Notes: generated by a model not told the origin, from the sequence alone. 64,000 nt of DNA from an uncultured bacterium (GCA_964468655.1 CAYXUG010000002.1:920-64919); one strand, 5' to 3'; counted from the first letter of the stretch, positions 18,471 through 28,047 are shown. Made by a program: numbers and translations.

Positions 18471-19298
18471 ATGACAAAATCATCTTTCGCACAAACATTT
18501 CGCACAGATAAGTGGTGGGTTGAGCCTCTTTGGACCGGGCTGGGATTTTTTGCCTTTGTCCTTTACACAACTTGGGCAATGCTTCAGGGACAGTATTACT
18601 GGTGGAGTGCAGGACAGGAAGGTTTTGGCGGTTATCTTTCGCCGTTTTATTCCCCACTTCTATTTATAAAGGAAGGAGTTACGGGAGTAGCACCAATGGA
18701 CCACGCATGGTTTGGTTCCTGGCCAAGCTGGATACCAAAATTGATTCCTGCCACCCCTGCCATTTTAATTCTTGCAGGGCCTCTTTCATTTAGAATGACT
18801 TGTTATTACTATCGAAAGTTTTATTATAGAGCATATTTTCTAACTCCCCCGGCTTGTGCTGTTGGCGGTGTTCACCAGAAAAAATATAAAGGTGAAACTG
18901 CTCTTCTTGTGTTTCAGAATCTGCACAGATACACGCTTTACATTGCATTGGTGTTTGTAGCAGTTTTAACATATGATGGGATAATGGCATTTTTCAGGGG
19001 GGGTAAATTCGGTGTTGGTGTTGGTTCTATAGTTCTCATGACCAACCCCATTTTACTTGCAGGTTATACATTTGGCTGCCATGCTTTACGCCACCTTGTT
19101 GGGGGTGACAAAGACTGTTTTTCCTGCCCCAACGGGAAACCAACAACCCGATACAAACTGTGGAAAGGTGTCTCATGGTTAAACAGCAGGCACATGCTTT
19201 GGGCCTGGCTGAGCATGATATGGGTTGTATTTGCCGATATTTATGTAAGAATGGTTTCTACTGGTAAGTGGGTTGATTACAGCACTTGGGGTTTTTGA
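18471..19298 (+). CDS. succinate dehydrogenase/fumarate reductase membrane anchor (single large ~275-aa subunit type)
   Basis: 275-aa multi-TM protein placed immediately before sdhA and sdhB; its stop overlaps the sdhA start (TGATG). In size and C-A-B order it recalls the single-anchor Sdh1-type operon of mycobacteria (Rv0249c-like). That comparison is from memory and is not verified. Confidence 0.55.
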   Translation: MTKSSFAQTFRTDKWWVEPLWTGLGFFAFVLYTTWAMLQGQYYWWSAGQEGFGGYLSPFYSPLLFIKEGVTGVAPMDHAWFGSWPSWIPKLIPATPAILILAGPLSFRMTCYYYRKFYYRAYFLTPPACAVGGVHQKKYKGETALLVFQNLHRYTLYIALVFVAVLTYDGIMAFFRGGKFGVGVGSIVLMTNPILLAGYTFGCHALRHLVGGDKDCFSCPNGKPTTRYKLWKGVSWLNSRHMLWAWLSMIWVVFADIYVRMVSTGKWVDYSTWGF

Positions 19299-21139
19299 TG
19301 ATTGATGTAAAAGACATACAAACGGTTGAACATGATGTTATTGTACTTGGTGCAGGAGGCGCGGGTTTGCGCGCTGCTATTGAATGTTCTATGAATGGCC
19401 TCAGCACCGGATTGGTCTGCAAGTCTTTGCTGGGTAAAGCCCACACCGTCATGGCAGAGGGTGGTGTAGCTGCCGCCTTGGGTAATGTGGATAACCGAGA
19501 TCACTGGAAAGTCCATTTCCGCGATACAATGCGTGGAGGAAAATTCCTCAATGTCTGGCGGATGGCAGAGCTGCATGCCAAGCAGGCGCCCGAAAGAGTA
19601 AGGGAACTGGAAGAGTGGGGCGCAGTGTTTGACAGGACAAAAACAGGCCTTATTAATCAGCGGAATTTTGGCGGTCACAGGTACCCCCGTCTAGCGCATG
19701 TGGGAGACAGAACTGGGTTGGAAATCATTCGAACGCTACAGGATCATGGTATTCACCAGGGGATTGATGTTTACATGGAATGTACAGGTCTTGATTTTCT
19801 GAAAGATGGCGATAGAATTTCTGGCATGGTTGCCATGTGGCGGGAGACCGGCAGGTTCATCATTTTCAAAGCAAAGGCAGTAATTGTTGCAACGGGCGGC
19901 GGCGGAAAAGCATGGAAGATTACCTCTAACTCGTGGGAATACACAGGCGATGGATATGGAATGGCATACGAAGCAGGTGCAGAACTAATGGATATGGAAT
20001 TCACTCAGTTTCATCCAACGGGAATGGTGTGGCCACCTTCTGTGCGGGGAATTTTGGTCACCGAAGGAGTTCGTGGAGAAGGTGGTATTTTGGTAAATAG
20101 TGAGGGTAAAAGGTTCATGTTTGATTATATACCAGAGAGATTTTCAGCAGAAACAGCTGATTCAGAAGAAGAAGTAAACCGCTGGCTTTCAGGTGACAGG
20201 GATGCACGCCGTCCGCCCGAACTCCTCACACGCGATGTTGTGGCAAGAGCCATCCGTGATGAAGTACGTGCCGGTAGAGGATCAAAACACGGGGGTGCCT
20301 ATCTGGATATTGCTTCCAGGCGCGATTCTGAAGATATTAAAAAGAAACTACCCTCAATGTACCACCAGTTCAACGTTTTAGCAGAACTTGACATTACTAA
20401 GGATCGAATGGAAGTTGGTCCTACACTTCATTATTTCATGGGCGGTATTAGAGTAAATGCAGATACACAGATGTCAGGCATACCGGGACTTTTTGCCGCC
20501 GGCGAATGTTCGGCAGGAATGCATGGAGCAAACCGGTTAGGTGGAAATTCTCTTTCTGACCTTCTGGTATTTGGGAAATTGGCCGGAGAGGGTGCTGTTA
20601 ATTATGTGAAATCAATAACAGGTGAATTGGTGATGGATAAAACACGAGCAGAAAAAATCATCAGAAATGCGACTGATATTCTGAACCGTGAAACAGGAGA
20701 GAATCCATATCTGCTCCATGAACACCTTCAGGAAATTATGCAGGAAAATGTAGGTATTGTTCGAACAGAAGAAGATCTGACAAAGGGTATTAATAAACTT
20801 AATGAATTAAAATCTGCATGTAAAAACATTAAAGCATCAGGATCAAGCCAGTTTAATCCCGGCTGGCATGAGGCGCTTGCTCTCCGAAATCTTATGATAA
20901 CATCGGAAGCAGTTGCAATAGCAGCTCTCATGCGGGAAGAAAGCCGCGGGGCTCATACAAGACTGGATTTTTCCGGTGAAAAAGATGATTGGCTGAATTA
21001 TAATGTGGTGATCAAAAAAAGTGAAGATGAACAAATGAAAGCACAAAGAATTGAAAGACATTCGCCAGACAAGGAACTTGAAAGAGTTGCTAATTTGACT
21101 ATTGAAGGATTGGAAAAAGAAGTAACTGAAAAAGCGTAA
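19298..21139 (+). CDS. sdhA: succinate dehydrogenase/fumarate reductase flavoprotein subunit
   Basis: Start is set at ATG 19298 (MIDVKDIQTVEHDVIVLGAGGAGLRAA, an FAD dinucleotide fold). Other family motifs are HYFMGGIRVN and ECSAGMHGANRLGGNSLSDLLVFG. Confidence 0.9.
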   Translation: MIDVKDIQTVEHDVIVLGAGGAGLRAAIECSMNGLSTGLVCKSLLGKAHTVMAEGGVAAALGNVDNRDHWKVHFRDTMRGGKFLNVWRMAELHAKQAPERVRELEEWGAVFDRTKTGLINQRNFGGHRYPRLAHVGDRTGLEIIRTLQDHGIHQGIDVYMECTGLDFLKDGDRISGMVAMWRETGRFIIFKAKAVIVATGGGGKAWKITSNSWEYTGDGYGMAYEAGAELMDMEFTQFHPTGMVWPPSVRGILVTEGVRGEGGILVNSEGKRFMFDYIPERFSAETADSEEEVNRWLSGDRDARRPPELLTRDVVARAIRDEVRAGRGSKHGGAYLDIASRRDSEDIKKKLPSMYHQFNVLAELDITKDRMEVGPTLHYFMGGIRVNADTQMSGIPGLFAAGECSAGMHGANRLGGNSLSDLLVFGKLAGEGAVNYVKSITGELVMDKTRAEKIIRNATDILNRETGENPYLLHEHLQEIMQENVGIVRTEEDLTKGINKLNELKSACKNIKASGSSQFNPGWHEALALRNLMITSEAVAIAALMREESRGAHTRLDFSGEKDDWLNYNVVIKKSEDEQMKAQRIERHSPDKELERVANLTIEGLEKEVTEKA

Positions 21140-21145
21140 AAATAA

Positions 21146-21895
21146 ATGGCTTTAAGAAAATTTAAGATATTCCGCGGATACAAATCATCAGGTGAAATGG
21201 TGGATTATCAGGTTGAAGTGGATGAAGGAATGGTGGTTCTTGACGCCATTCACAGAATTCAGGCAAAAAAAGCGAACGACCTTGCTGTCCGGTGGAATTG
21301 CAAAGCAGGGAAATGCGGTTCGTGCAGTATGGAAATTAACGGTAAACCGAAACTTTCCTGCATGAACCGATTGAATGAATACGATGAGGAAGAGACAATT
21401 TTCATTCGGCCAATTAAAACGTTTCCTGTACTAAAAGACCTTGTTTCAGATGTATCGTGGAATTATGAACAGAATAAGAAAATTCCACCATTCAAACCAG
21501 ACCCATCCCTGAAGGATGAAAAAGGCAACTATCACATGATGGAGGAAGATGTGGTCAGGATTCAGGAATTCAGGAAATGCATCGAATGTTATCTGTGTCA
21601 AGATGTGTGCCATGTACTAAGAGATCATGAAAAGAAGGATAAATTTTCCGGTCCTCGTTTTATGATACGCCTCGCAGGACTGGAAATGCACCCCCTTGAT
21701 AATGAAGACAGAATCCCTATGATTAAAGATATGTTTGGCTCCGGAATGTGCAACATTACAAAATGCTGTACGGAAGTTTGCCCCGAACATATTCAAATCA
21801 CTGACAATGGGATTATACCGTTGAAAGAACGGGTAGTGGATAGATATTATGATCCTGTGAAGTGGTTATATAAAAAGATTAAAGGTAAAAAGTAA
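21146..21895 (+). CDS. sdhB: succinate dehydrogenase/fumarate reductase iron-sulfur subunit
   Basis: 249 aa. It has the 2Fe-2S motif CKAGKCGSCSMEINGKPKLSC and the cluster motifs CIECYLCQDVC and CNITKCCTEVCP. Confidence 0.9.
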   Translation: MALRKFKIFRGYKSSGEMVDYQVEVDEGMVVLDAIHRIQAKKANDLAVRWNCKAGKCGSCSMEINGKPKLSCMNRLNEYDEEETIFIRPIKTFPVLKDLVSDVSWNYEQNKKIPPFKPDPSLKDEKGNYHMMEEDVVRIQEFRKCIECYLCQDVCHVLRDHEKKDKFSGPRFMIRLAGLEMHPLDNEDRIPMIKDMFGSGMCNITKCCTEVCPEHIQITDNGIIPLKERVVDRYYDPVKWLYKKIKGKK

Positions 21896-21896
21896 T

Positions 21897-22355
21897 CTAC
21901 CTCTCCAACTTGTTTAACTTTACTGATGCCACCAGACTTACGCAATACAAAACCAGAAGACCATATATCAGCGGTATAAAAGGTGAGATGGGAATTTTTG
22001 TATGGCCCAAATAGAGCATCCCTGAAATAAAGGGACCCAGCACAGCTAAAAGTCCATTTCGTGCTTTAGGCGTTCCCATAAAAGTGACAAGAATGTAAGC
22101 AGTAATCAAGAGCCCGATACCAGTAACCCAAAATCCAAAGAACCGATAAATAATAAGAAGATAGTCAGGAAGATTTTTGTTTATGTCTGCAGAAAAAAGT
22201 TCATTAAATGTTAATCCAAGGGTATTTTCATTGGCGGCTTTATCCAATAGCCAAGGTTCCTGCACAACCATCCACCGGACACCCAACACAACGGCTGAGA
22301 TGCCAATAATGACTAAGGGCATCCATGAAAGATTGTGTAATAGTTTTGAATTCAT
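21897..22355 (-). CDS. hypothetical integral membrane protein (4 predicted TM)
   Basis: The ORF spans 21897-22400. The likely start is MNSKLLHNLSWMPLVIIGISAVVLG at 22355. Hydrophobic segments are visible, but no family is recognised. Confidence 0.5.
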   Translation of the reverse strand: MNSKLLHNLSWMPLVIIGISAVVLGVRWMVVQEPWLLDKAANENTLGLTFNELFSADINKNLPDYLLIIYRFFGFWVTGIGLLITAYILVTFMGTPKARNGLLAVLGPFISGMLYLGHTKIPISPFIPLIYGLLVLYCVSLVASVKLNKLER

Positions 22356-22469
22356 AAACTTATTAATTTTAATATAAGATTGAGCAACAACATTGTCCAA
22401 TGTTACAAATATTTATTCTTTGAAGGTTAGAAGATTTAAAAACTATTATTTCATCCCATCTATAAAGAA

Positions 22470-23981
22470 ATGAATAAACACATTATAGCAGCAGGAGACA
22501 AGACAACAGTAGAAACTGCCCACGAACTTCTCTGGGTTGGGGGCAACGCATTTGATGCGGCTGTAGGTGCCATGTTTACGGCAATGGTTTCAGAACCGGC
22601 TCTTACAAGTGCCGGCGGGGGAGGTCACTTTATGGCAGACCCGGAAAGTGGAACCCCCATCCTTTTCGATTTCTTTGTGGATATGCCATCAGGAGAGTTG
22701 GAAAGGGTGAATATTGATTTTTTCAGTATAGATATTGATTTTGGTGATTCGACTCAGGAGTTTCACATTGGTAAAGGCGCGGTTGCTGTACCGGGGACAG
22801 TAGCAGGACTTTTGCACGTCCAAAAATCACTCGGATGTCTTTCATTAATGGAAGTACTGAAACCAGCCATCCGAGAAGCCAAGGAAGGAGTTGTACTGTC
22901 TGATGTTCAGGCATACATGCTGACAATTCTCGAACCCATCATGATGCATGAAGAGAATTCAAGAAAAATTTATGCGCCGGAAGGAAAGCTATTGGGAGAA
23001 GGCGAAACGATTATTATGCCTGAATTTTCAGATTTTCTGGATGCTCTCGCACACGAAGGTCAAGACCTTATGTATAAAGGTGAAGTTGCAAAACTCTTAG
23101 TGGAGTGGAGCCGGGAAGGCGGTTTACTAACTATGGAAGACCTTAAAAATTATAGTGTAGTGGAACGGGAACCACTGGAAACTAAGTTTTACGACTACTC
23201 GGTTTATCTTAACCCTCCCCCTGCTTTAAGTGGAATTCTAATCGATGCAACTTTATCACTGTTAAGCAGATGCAAAAAGGGTATAACACTGGCAGAAATA
23301 GTTCAAGCTCTGGATATAACAAACATCCTGAGAATGGAAACACTTGCTGGTAGTTTGGATAAAGGGGTGAAATATCTTTCGAAACAAGCATTTTTCAAGA
23401 AGTATGTGGAAACATTTGCAAAACGAAGTCCAAAGTCTCATTCCAGAGGCGCTACAACACATATCAGTATCCTTGATAAGAATGGTAACGCTGCATCAGT
23501 AACAACCACAAATGGAGAGGGGTGCGGAAGTGTATTATCTCATGTGGGCTTTATGCCAAACAATATGTTAGGTGAAGAGGATTTAAATCCTGAAGGATTT
23601 CACATGAATCCACCGCGGACAAGACTTGCTTCCATGATGTCGCCTACCATTGTTGTTAAGGAAAAACGCCCTGTTTTACTCACAGGAAGCGCCGGAAGCA
23701 ATAGAATCCGTTCAGTGATTGTTCAGCTTATTATCCACGTTTTATGCGAAGAGATGGATATAGAGTTGGCCACAAAACACCCGAGGGTTCATATTGAAGG
23801 TGATGTTCTCCATGCAGAACCGGGATTAGGTGAAGATGTACTTTCATCCTTTGAGCAAGAATATCAAATCAACCGCTGGGAGAGGCAGAACGTCTTTTTT
23901 GGCGGCGCTAATTCGGTGACACATGAAAAGGGGGCGGGCGATGAAAGACGCGGCGGGTATAGTGTTATTATTGAAGATTGA
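22470..23981 (+). CDS. ggt: gamma-glutamyltransferase-family protein (no obvious signal peptide)
   Basis: 503 aa. The GGT fold is signalled by the autoprocessing/nucleophile region SRGATTHISILDKNGNAASVTTTNGEGCGS and by MSPTIV...LTGSAGSNRI. Confidence 0.8.
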   Translation: MNKHIIAAGDKTTVETAHELLWVGGNAFDAAVGAMFTAMVSEPALTSAGGGGHFMADPESGTPILFDFFVDMPSGELERVNIDFFSIDIDFGDSTQEFHIGKGAVAVPGTVAGLLHVQKSLGCLSLMEVLKPAIREAKEGVVLSDVQAYMLTILEPIMMHEENSRKIYAPEGKLLGEGETIIMPEFSDFLDALAHEGQDLMYKGEVAKLLVEWSREGGLLTMEDLKNYSVVEREPLETKFYDYSVYLNPPPALSGILIDATLSLLSRCKKGITLAEIVQALDITNILRMETLAGSLDKGVKYLSKQAFFKKYVETFAKRSPKSHSRGATTHISILDKNGNAASVTTTNGEGCGSVLSHVGFMPNNMLGEEDLNPEGFHMNPPRTRLASMMSPTIVVKEKRPVLLTGSAGSNRIRSVIVQLIIHVLCEEMDIELATKHPRVHIEGDVLHAEPGLGEDVLSSFEQEYQINRWERQNVFFGGANSVTHEKGAGDERRGGYSVIIED

Positions 23982-24002
23982 TTGGGTATGATTGGTAAAA
24001 AG

Positions 24003-24728
24003 TTATTCGATATTTTCAGCAGACTTCACAAGCCATTCAAATAATTTCATCTGAATTGGATCATCCTGCATAATCTCGGGATGCCATTGCACAGCAATAA
24101 AATTTGCTTCCCCATTAACTGATTCAATTCCCTCAATTAAACCGTCTGAAGTGATCGCTGTAGCAACAATGCCATCACCCAATATTTTTATTCCCTGATG
24201 ATGAGTACTAGAAACCCTGACTGTATCTTCACCGAAAATTTTATGCAGCAAACTGTTTTCTGTAACATTTACAGGATGGTAAGCGATGGGACCCTTATAG
24301 TAGCCGTGATCAATGGATTTTGGAAGGTGAGTTTCAAGGTCTTCATACAATGTACCACCATACAACACATTAATATGCTGCAGACTTGCGCAAATTCCTA
24401 ATACAGGGATTTTTTTGTTTATACAAATATTGAAGATTTCCTCATCGAATGTGGTGCGTTTGTTATGCATGGGGCCTTCACCCCTCATGTCGTATTCTTT
24501 CCCACCGTAAATGTTAATGGGTAAATCTGGTCCTCCGCTCATGAGTAGACCCTGAATATGATTTGTTATTTCTGATATTTTTTCTTCTGATTCAGGATAT
24601 GTTAAAAGCATAGGAATACCACCTGCTTTCCAAACAGCATTACTGTATGCCTCTTTCAACATGTGCCAGTATGCATTTTCCTTCGGAAAATATCCGGGAG
24701 TTAATCCGATGAGTGGTTTACTTGCCAT
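24003..24728 (-). CDS. class I glutamine amidotransferase-like, peptidase C26 (gamma-glutamyl hydrolase / PuuD-like)
   Basis: 241 aa. It has a nucleophile elbow (PVLGICASLQHINV) and QWHPE near the C-terminus. Confidence 0.75.
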   Translation of the reverse strand: MASKPLIGLTPGYFPKENAYWHMLKEAYSNAVWKAGGIPMLLTYPESEEKISEITNHIQGLLMSGGPDLPINIYGGKEYDMRGEGPMHNKRTTFDEEIFNICINKKIPVLGICASLQHINVLYGGTLYEDLETHLPKSIDHGYYKGPIAYHPVNVTENSLLHKIFGEDTVRVSSTHHQGIKILGDGIVATAITSDGLIEGIESVNGEANFIAVQWHPEIMQDDPIQMKLFEWLVKSAENIE

Positions 24729-24811
24729 GTAATTGTTCCTAATTATCGTTGTTTATCATTAAAGTTTGGCTGCAAATTTCCGGCAACTTTTTCACTTCAT
24801 CAAGCCTAGGA

Positions 24812-26140
24812 TTAAGAAAACAATTCTTCTTTTTGTTTCATCCACCTCGACAGTAAAAATTCTTTTAATGTTTTACCCGAGTCATTGTAGGATTTTTGGA
24901 TTTGAAGAGAAAAAGGGCCCTTAGAGATAAAGGCATCTGCAAAAGTTTCCAGGTATTTTTTCTCTGATTTTATGTTCAATTGTCTGCGTCTGTTTTCTAA
25001 CCCTTCCAGGGACATTTCTAATAATTTTTCGCACCAGTAGCAAAACGTTTTTGAATCAAATATTTTTTTATCGAGATCAAGCTCCAATGATTTTTCCATA
25101 GCATCCATCCTATCGTGAAATGACCAACCGGAAACCAGTTCCAGCAGTTTTTCAAAAATGATATTATCTCTCAGTAATCCATTTAGGAATGCAGCTGGCG
25201 CAAGTTCATATCCAAATGGAGGGTGGTCACAGGTGCGTATTTCAACTACATTCTTAAACCTGACATGAGTGAAAATCTGCCGAAGAATTGACATAATATG
25301 TTCATTATTTAATTGGTCATTATCCAACAATTCTGTGAATAATTCAGAAGTTAAACCATCATAAAATAAGGGATGCCCTAATTTATCCAAGGCAAAGATG
25401 ACAGGTGTTTTGGCAATATATTCCGCATAACGTTCTGCCATATTCTCCGGCCCTTTCATCTGATGATCAAATAGACTTCCACATCGTGTATTATCTGTAT
25501 TGTTCCAGATAATAGTCCGTAGATTTTTTAATTTTGTTGGTACCCCGGTTTCAAAAGGTGCATTGGCAAAAATGACTGAAAGGAATGGCTGAATACAATC
25601 TGCTGCAAATGCGATCTTTTCAGCTTCTTCCAGTGAAGTGTAATCTAGATTGATTTGAACACTTGAACTGTTTTTCATCATCCAGTGACCTAACGATCCA
25701 GTTTGATTAAAACGATCATGCATGAGCTGGTATTTTTTTAAATCAATGAGTCCAATTTCATCTGGTTGATAAATAGGCTCGACAGTCAAATCAAGGGGAA
25801 ACAGTTCATTTTCTCCACAGATTTGGACAAGGTTCCTGAAATATGCTTTCCATTCCCGGTTAATCTCATGGAGATCCCGGAAGGGTTGTGATGCATATTC
25901 CATTTGACCCCCCGGTTCAATTGATATGTTGGGAGCAATGCCTGTAACCTTATTTAAATCAATCAGTGCTGATTTGATTTCTTCACTGGAGAATTTTTCA
26001 CAACGATTTACAGGAATCCGTTCCATCGATTTGTCATAAATAATATTCTCGACCTCAATGCCTGTTGTGAGGGTTTCCACTGTTTGGAAATTTGATGTAA
26101 ATACATCAATAATTTTATCTGTGATAATTTTGTTTATCAT
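24812..26140 (-). CDS. gshA: glutamate--cysteine ligase (plant/proteobacterial GCS type)
   Basis: The ORF spans 24812-26308, but its N-terminal 56 codons are Cys/Trp-rich and implausible. The start is moved to MINKIITDK (ATG rc of 26138-26140). The motif ISIEPGGQMEYASQPF matches the EPGGQxExS signature of plant-type gamma-GCS. Confidence 0.7.
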   Translation of the reverse strand: MINKIITDKIIDVFTSNFQTVETLTTGIEVENIIYDKSMERIPVNRCEKFSSEEIKSALIDLNKVTGIAPNISIEPGGQMEYASQPFRDLHEINREWKAYFRNLVQICGENELFPLDLTVEPIYQPDEIGLIDLKKYQLMHDRFNQTGSLGHWMMKNSSSVQINLDYTSLEEAEKIAFAADCIQPFLSVIFANAPFETGVPTKLKNLRTIIWNNTDNTRCGSLFDHQMKGPENMAERYAEYIAKTPVIFALDKLGHPLFYDGLTSELFTELLDNDQLNNEHIMSILRQIFTHVRFKNVVEIRTCDHPPFGYELAPAAFLNGLLRDNIIFEKLLELVSGWSFHDRMDAMEKSLELDLDKKIFDSKTFCYWCEKLLEMSLEGLENRRRQLNIKSEKKYLETFADAFISKGPFSLQIQKSYNDSGKTLKEFLLSRWMKQKEELFS

Positions 26141-26342
26141 TTTTCTGAAAGTGGCACTAAGATTAGTGAAAATTTTAACTGGAAAGCAACATAAAGTTAA
26201 TGATAATTGGTAGGTGGAGGAATATAGGAATGGAGAATGGAAACCACAAAGCCAACGTCTATCACCTAACATCCAATACCAACTACCAGTTTCATAAAAC
26301 AGTTTCAATTGTTAAATTATATAATCACAAAAAGGAGGAAAA

Positions 26343-27020
26343 ATGAACGGCAAAACAATTACTTTTAAAACCAATGGACATACATGTGAAGGATATTTTA
26401 GCATTCCTGATACAGGAGGCGGGCCTGGTATTATTGTTCTTCAGGAGTGGTGGGGTTTGGTAGGCCATATCAAAGATTTGGCGGATAGGTTTGCTATAGC
26501 CGGATTTGCTGCTTTGGCGCCAGATATTTATCACGGAGATTCAACAACTCATCCAGATGATGCAGGCAGGTTGATGATGGCGCTGAATATTGATCAAACC
26601 CAGAAAGACTTAAATGGCGCCGTTAATTTTTTGCTGGACCATGTTGCTGTATCAAGTGACGCAATCGGAACTGTGGGATTCTGCATGGGTGGGCAGCTTT
26701 CCCTTTTCGCTGCCTGCGCCAATCCATCTATTGGTGCATGTGTTGATTTTTATGGGATTCATCCTAACGTTCAGTTGGATATGAAAAATTTACGCGCACC
26801 GGTGCTTGGCATCTTTGCGGAGAATGACGAATTTGTTACAATGGAAACTGCGAAAGGATTGGAATCAAAACTGAAAGAACATGGGAAGGAAACGGACTTC
26901 ACTTATTATCCTGAGGTGGGTCACGCCTTTTTCAATGATTCAAGGGAAGATGTTTATAATGAAGAAGCCGCTTCAGATGCGTGGCAGAAAGTGATAACTT
27001 TTTTTGATTCTAATCTATAG
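26343..27020 (+). CDS. dienelactone hydrolase-family protein
   Basis: 225 aa with AGGAGG upstream. DLH-like motifs are GIIVLQEWWGL, GTVGFCMGG (nucleophile Cys) and GHAFFND. Confidence 0.85.
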   Translation: MNGKTITFKTNGHTCEGYFSIPDTGGGPGIIVLQEWWGLVGHIKDLADRFAIAGFAALAPDIYHGDSTTHPDDAGRLMMALNIDQTQKDLNGAVNFLLDHVAVSSDAIGTVGFCMGGQLSLFAACANPSIGACVDFYGIHPNVQLDMKNLRAPVLGIFAENDEFVTMETAKGLESKLKEHGKETDFTYYPEVGHAFFNDSREDVYNEEAASDAWQKVITFFDSNL

Positions 27021-27037
27021 GGGAAAGAAAATATAAG

Positions 27038-27214
27038 CTATAATTCGTCAGAATGCCGAGTCTTTTGACGTTTCCTGATTTCTTTTAAATCAGCGCCTTC
27101 CCCCCGTCCTTCTTTTTCATACCAGTACCACCATTCCAATTCTTTCTCAGATCGCTTATTCAACTGTTTCCACCAGCCGAGGTCTGTTACTGTTTTATGT
27201 TCTTTCTTTTTCAT
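27038..27214 (-). CDS. possible small Trp-rich protein (58 aa), below the ORF-track cut-off
   Basis: Hand translation gives MKKKEHKTVTDLGWWKQLNKRSEKELEWWYWYEKEGRGEGADLKEIRKRQKTRHSDEL*. It lies 24 nt downstream of nuoB on the same strand. No SD is visible. Confidence 0.25.
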   Translation of the reverse strand: MKKKEHKTVTDLGWWKQLNKRSEKELEWWYWYEKEGRGEGADLKEIRKRQKTRHSDEL

Positions 27215-27238
27215 ATAATATAGGAGGTGATGAGAAAA

Positions 27239-27778
27239 TCAGGCAGATGTAACTATAGATTTTAGTTTTTTCTTATGGGAAAAAAGATTTTTAATATTTT
27301 TTGAAATGGTATCCTGTACAGGCCGTTCCTGAAGAATTTTCTCCTGCAGTCTTAACAGCCCTTCGATGAGTGCCTCGGGTCTTGGGGGACATCCGGGGAC
27401 ATATACATCTACCGGTACAACCAAATCTACACCTTTTAAAACATGGTAGCCATACTGCCAATAGGGACCACCGCTGGTGGCGCAACTCCCCATGGAAACT
27501 ACGTATTTAGGATCTGCCATCTGCTCATACAATCTTTTTACTCGTAGTGCCATTTTCATAGTTACAGTTCCTGCGACGATCATTACATCTGCCTGTCTTG
27601 GTGATGACCTGGGTACCATGCCGATCCTATCCAAATCGTGACGGGAAGCGGCGGTCGCCATCATTTCGATGGCGCAACATGCAAGACCGAATTGGAAGTA
27701 CCAAGGCGATGTAGCACGCCCCCAATTCAATAATTTATTCAAAGGAGCTACAATTACATTTCCAACGCCGTCTTTCAT
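27239..27778 (-). CDS. nuoB: NADH-quinone oxidoreductase subunit B-like (NuoB/hydrogenase small-subunit-like) protein, not in a nuo operon
   Basis: 179 aa. All four N2-cluster Cys positions are present ([30 protein letters not shown]), along with [13 protein letters not shown]. No nuoA, C, D or H-N gene is adjacent. Confidence 0.8.
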   Translation of the reverse strand: MKDGVGNVIVAPLNKLLNWGRATSPWYFQFGLACCAIEMMATAASRHDLDRIGMVPRSSPRQADVMIVAGTVTMKMALRVKRLYEQMADPKYVVSMGSCATSGGPYWQYGYHVLKGVDLVVPVDVYVPGCPPRPEALIEGLLRLQEKILQERPVQDTISKNIKNLFSHKKKLKSIVTSA

Positions 27779-28047
27779 TTTTCATCTTCTTCTACAACTA
27801 TTTGTTCTGTACTCATATAAACGGGTTTATCACCCATAAAATCGTGGTGCTTAAGAATTGCATAATTTTCAAAATTTCTTGTTGGGCACGATTTGCATGA
27901 TGAAGTCCCCTTTGTTCTGTGACGGACAATGTCTAAGATTTTTTCATCCGACTCTTTACCGCCCGGCTGCAAATCTTCATCAGTTTCAACGTACCATCGC
28001 ATGGTAACGAGATATTGATTTCTTTTCTTTTTACTATTTTCTGCCAT
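27775..28047 (-). CDS. hypothetical 90-aa acidic protein with a CxxC motif, translationally coupled to nuoB
   Basis: Its stop overlaps the nuoB start (ATGA, 27775-27778). It contains CKSCP and has no TM segment, so it is not NuoA. Confidence 0.5.
   Translation of the reverse strand: MAENSKKKRNQYLVTMRWYVETDEDLQPGGKESDEKILDIVRHRTKGTSSCKSCPTRNFENYAILKHHDFMGDKPVYMSTEQIVVEEDEK

Noticed and set aside
26141-26308. 56-codon N-terminal extension of the glutamate-cysteine ligase ORF
   Set aside because: It is Cys/Trp/Phe-rich with no homology pattern, and it runs into the divergent promoter region of the DLH gene. The internal Met at 26140 gives a normal N-terminus.
27215-27260. AGGAGGTG followed by ATG on the plus strand (10-codon mini-[14 protein letters not shown])
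   Set aside because: It is too short, and it overlaps the 3' end of nuoB on the opposite strand. This is most likely a chance SD-like string in a convergent intergenic region.
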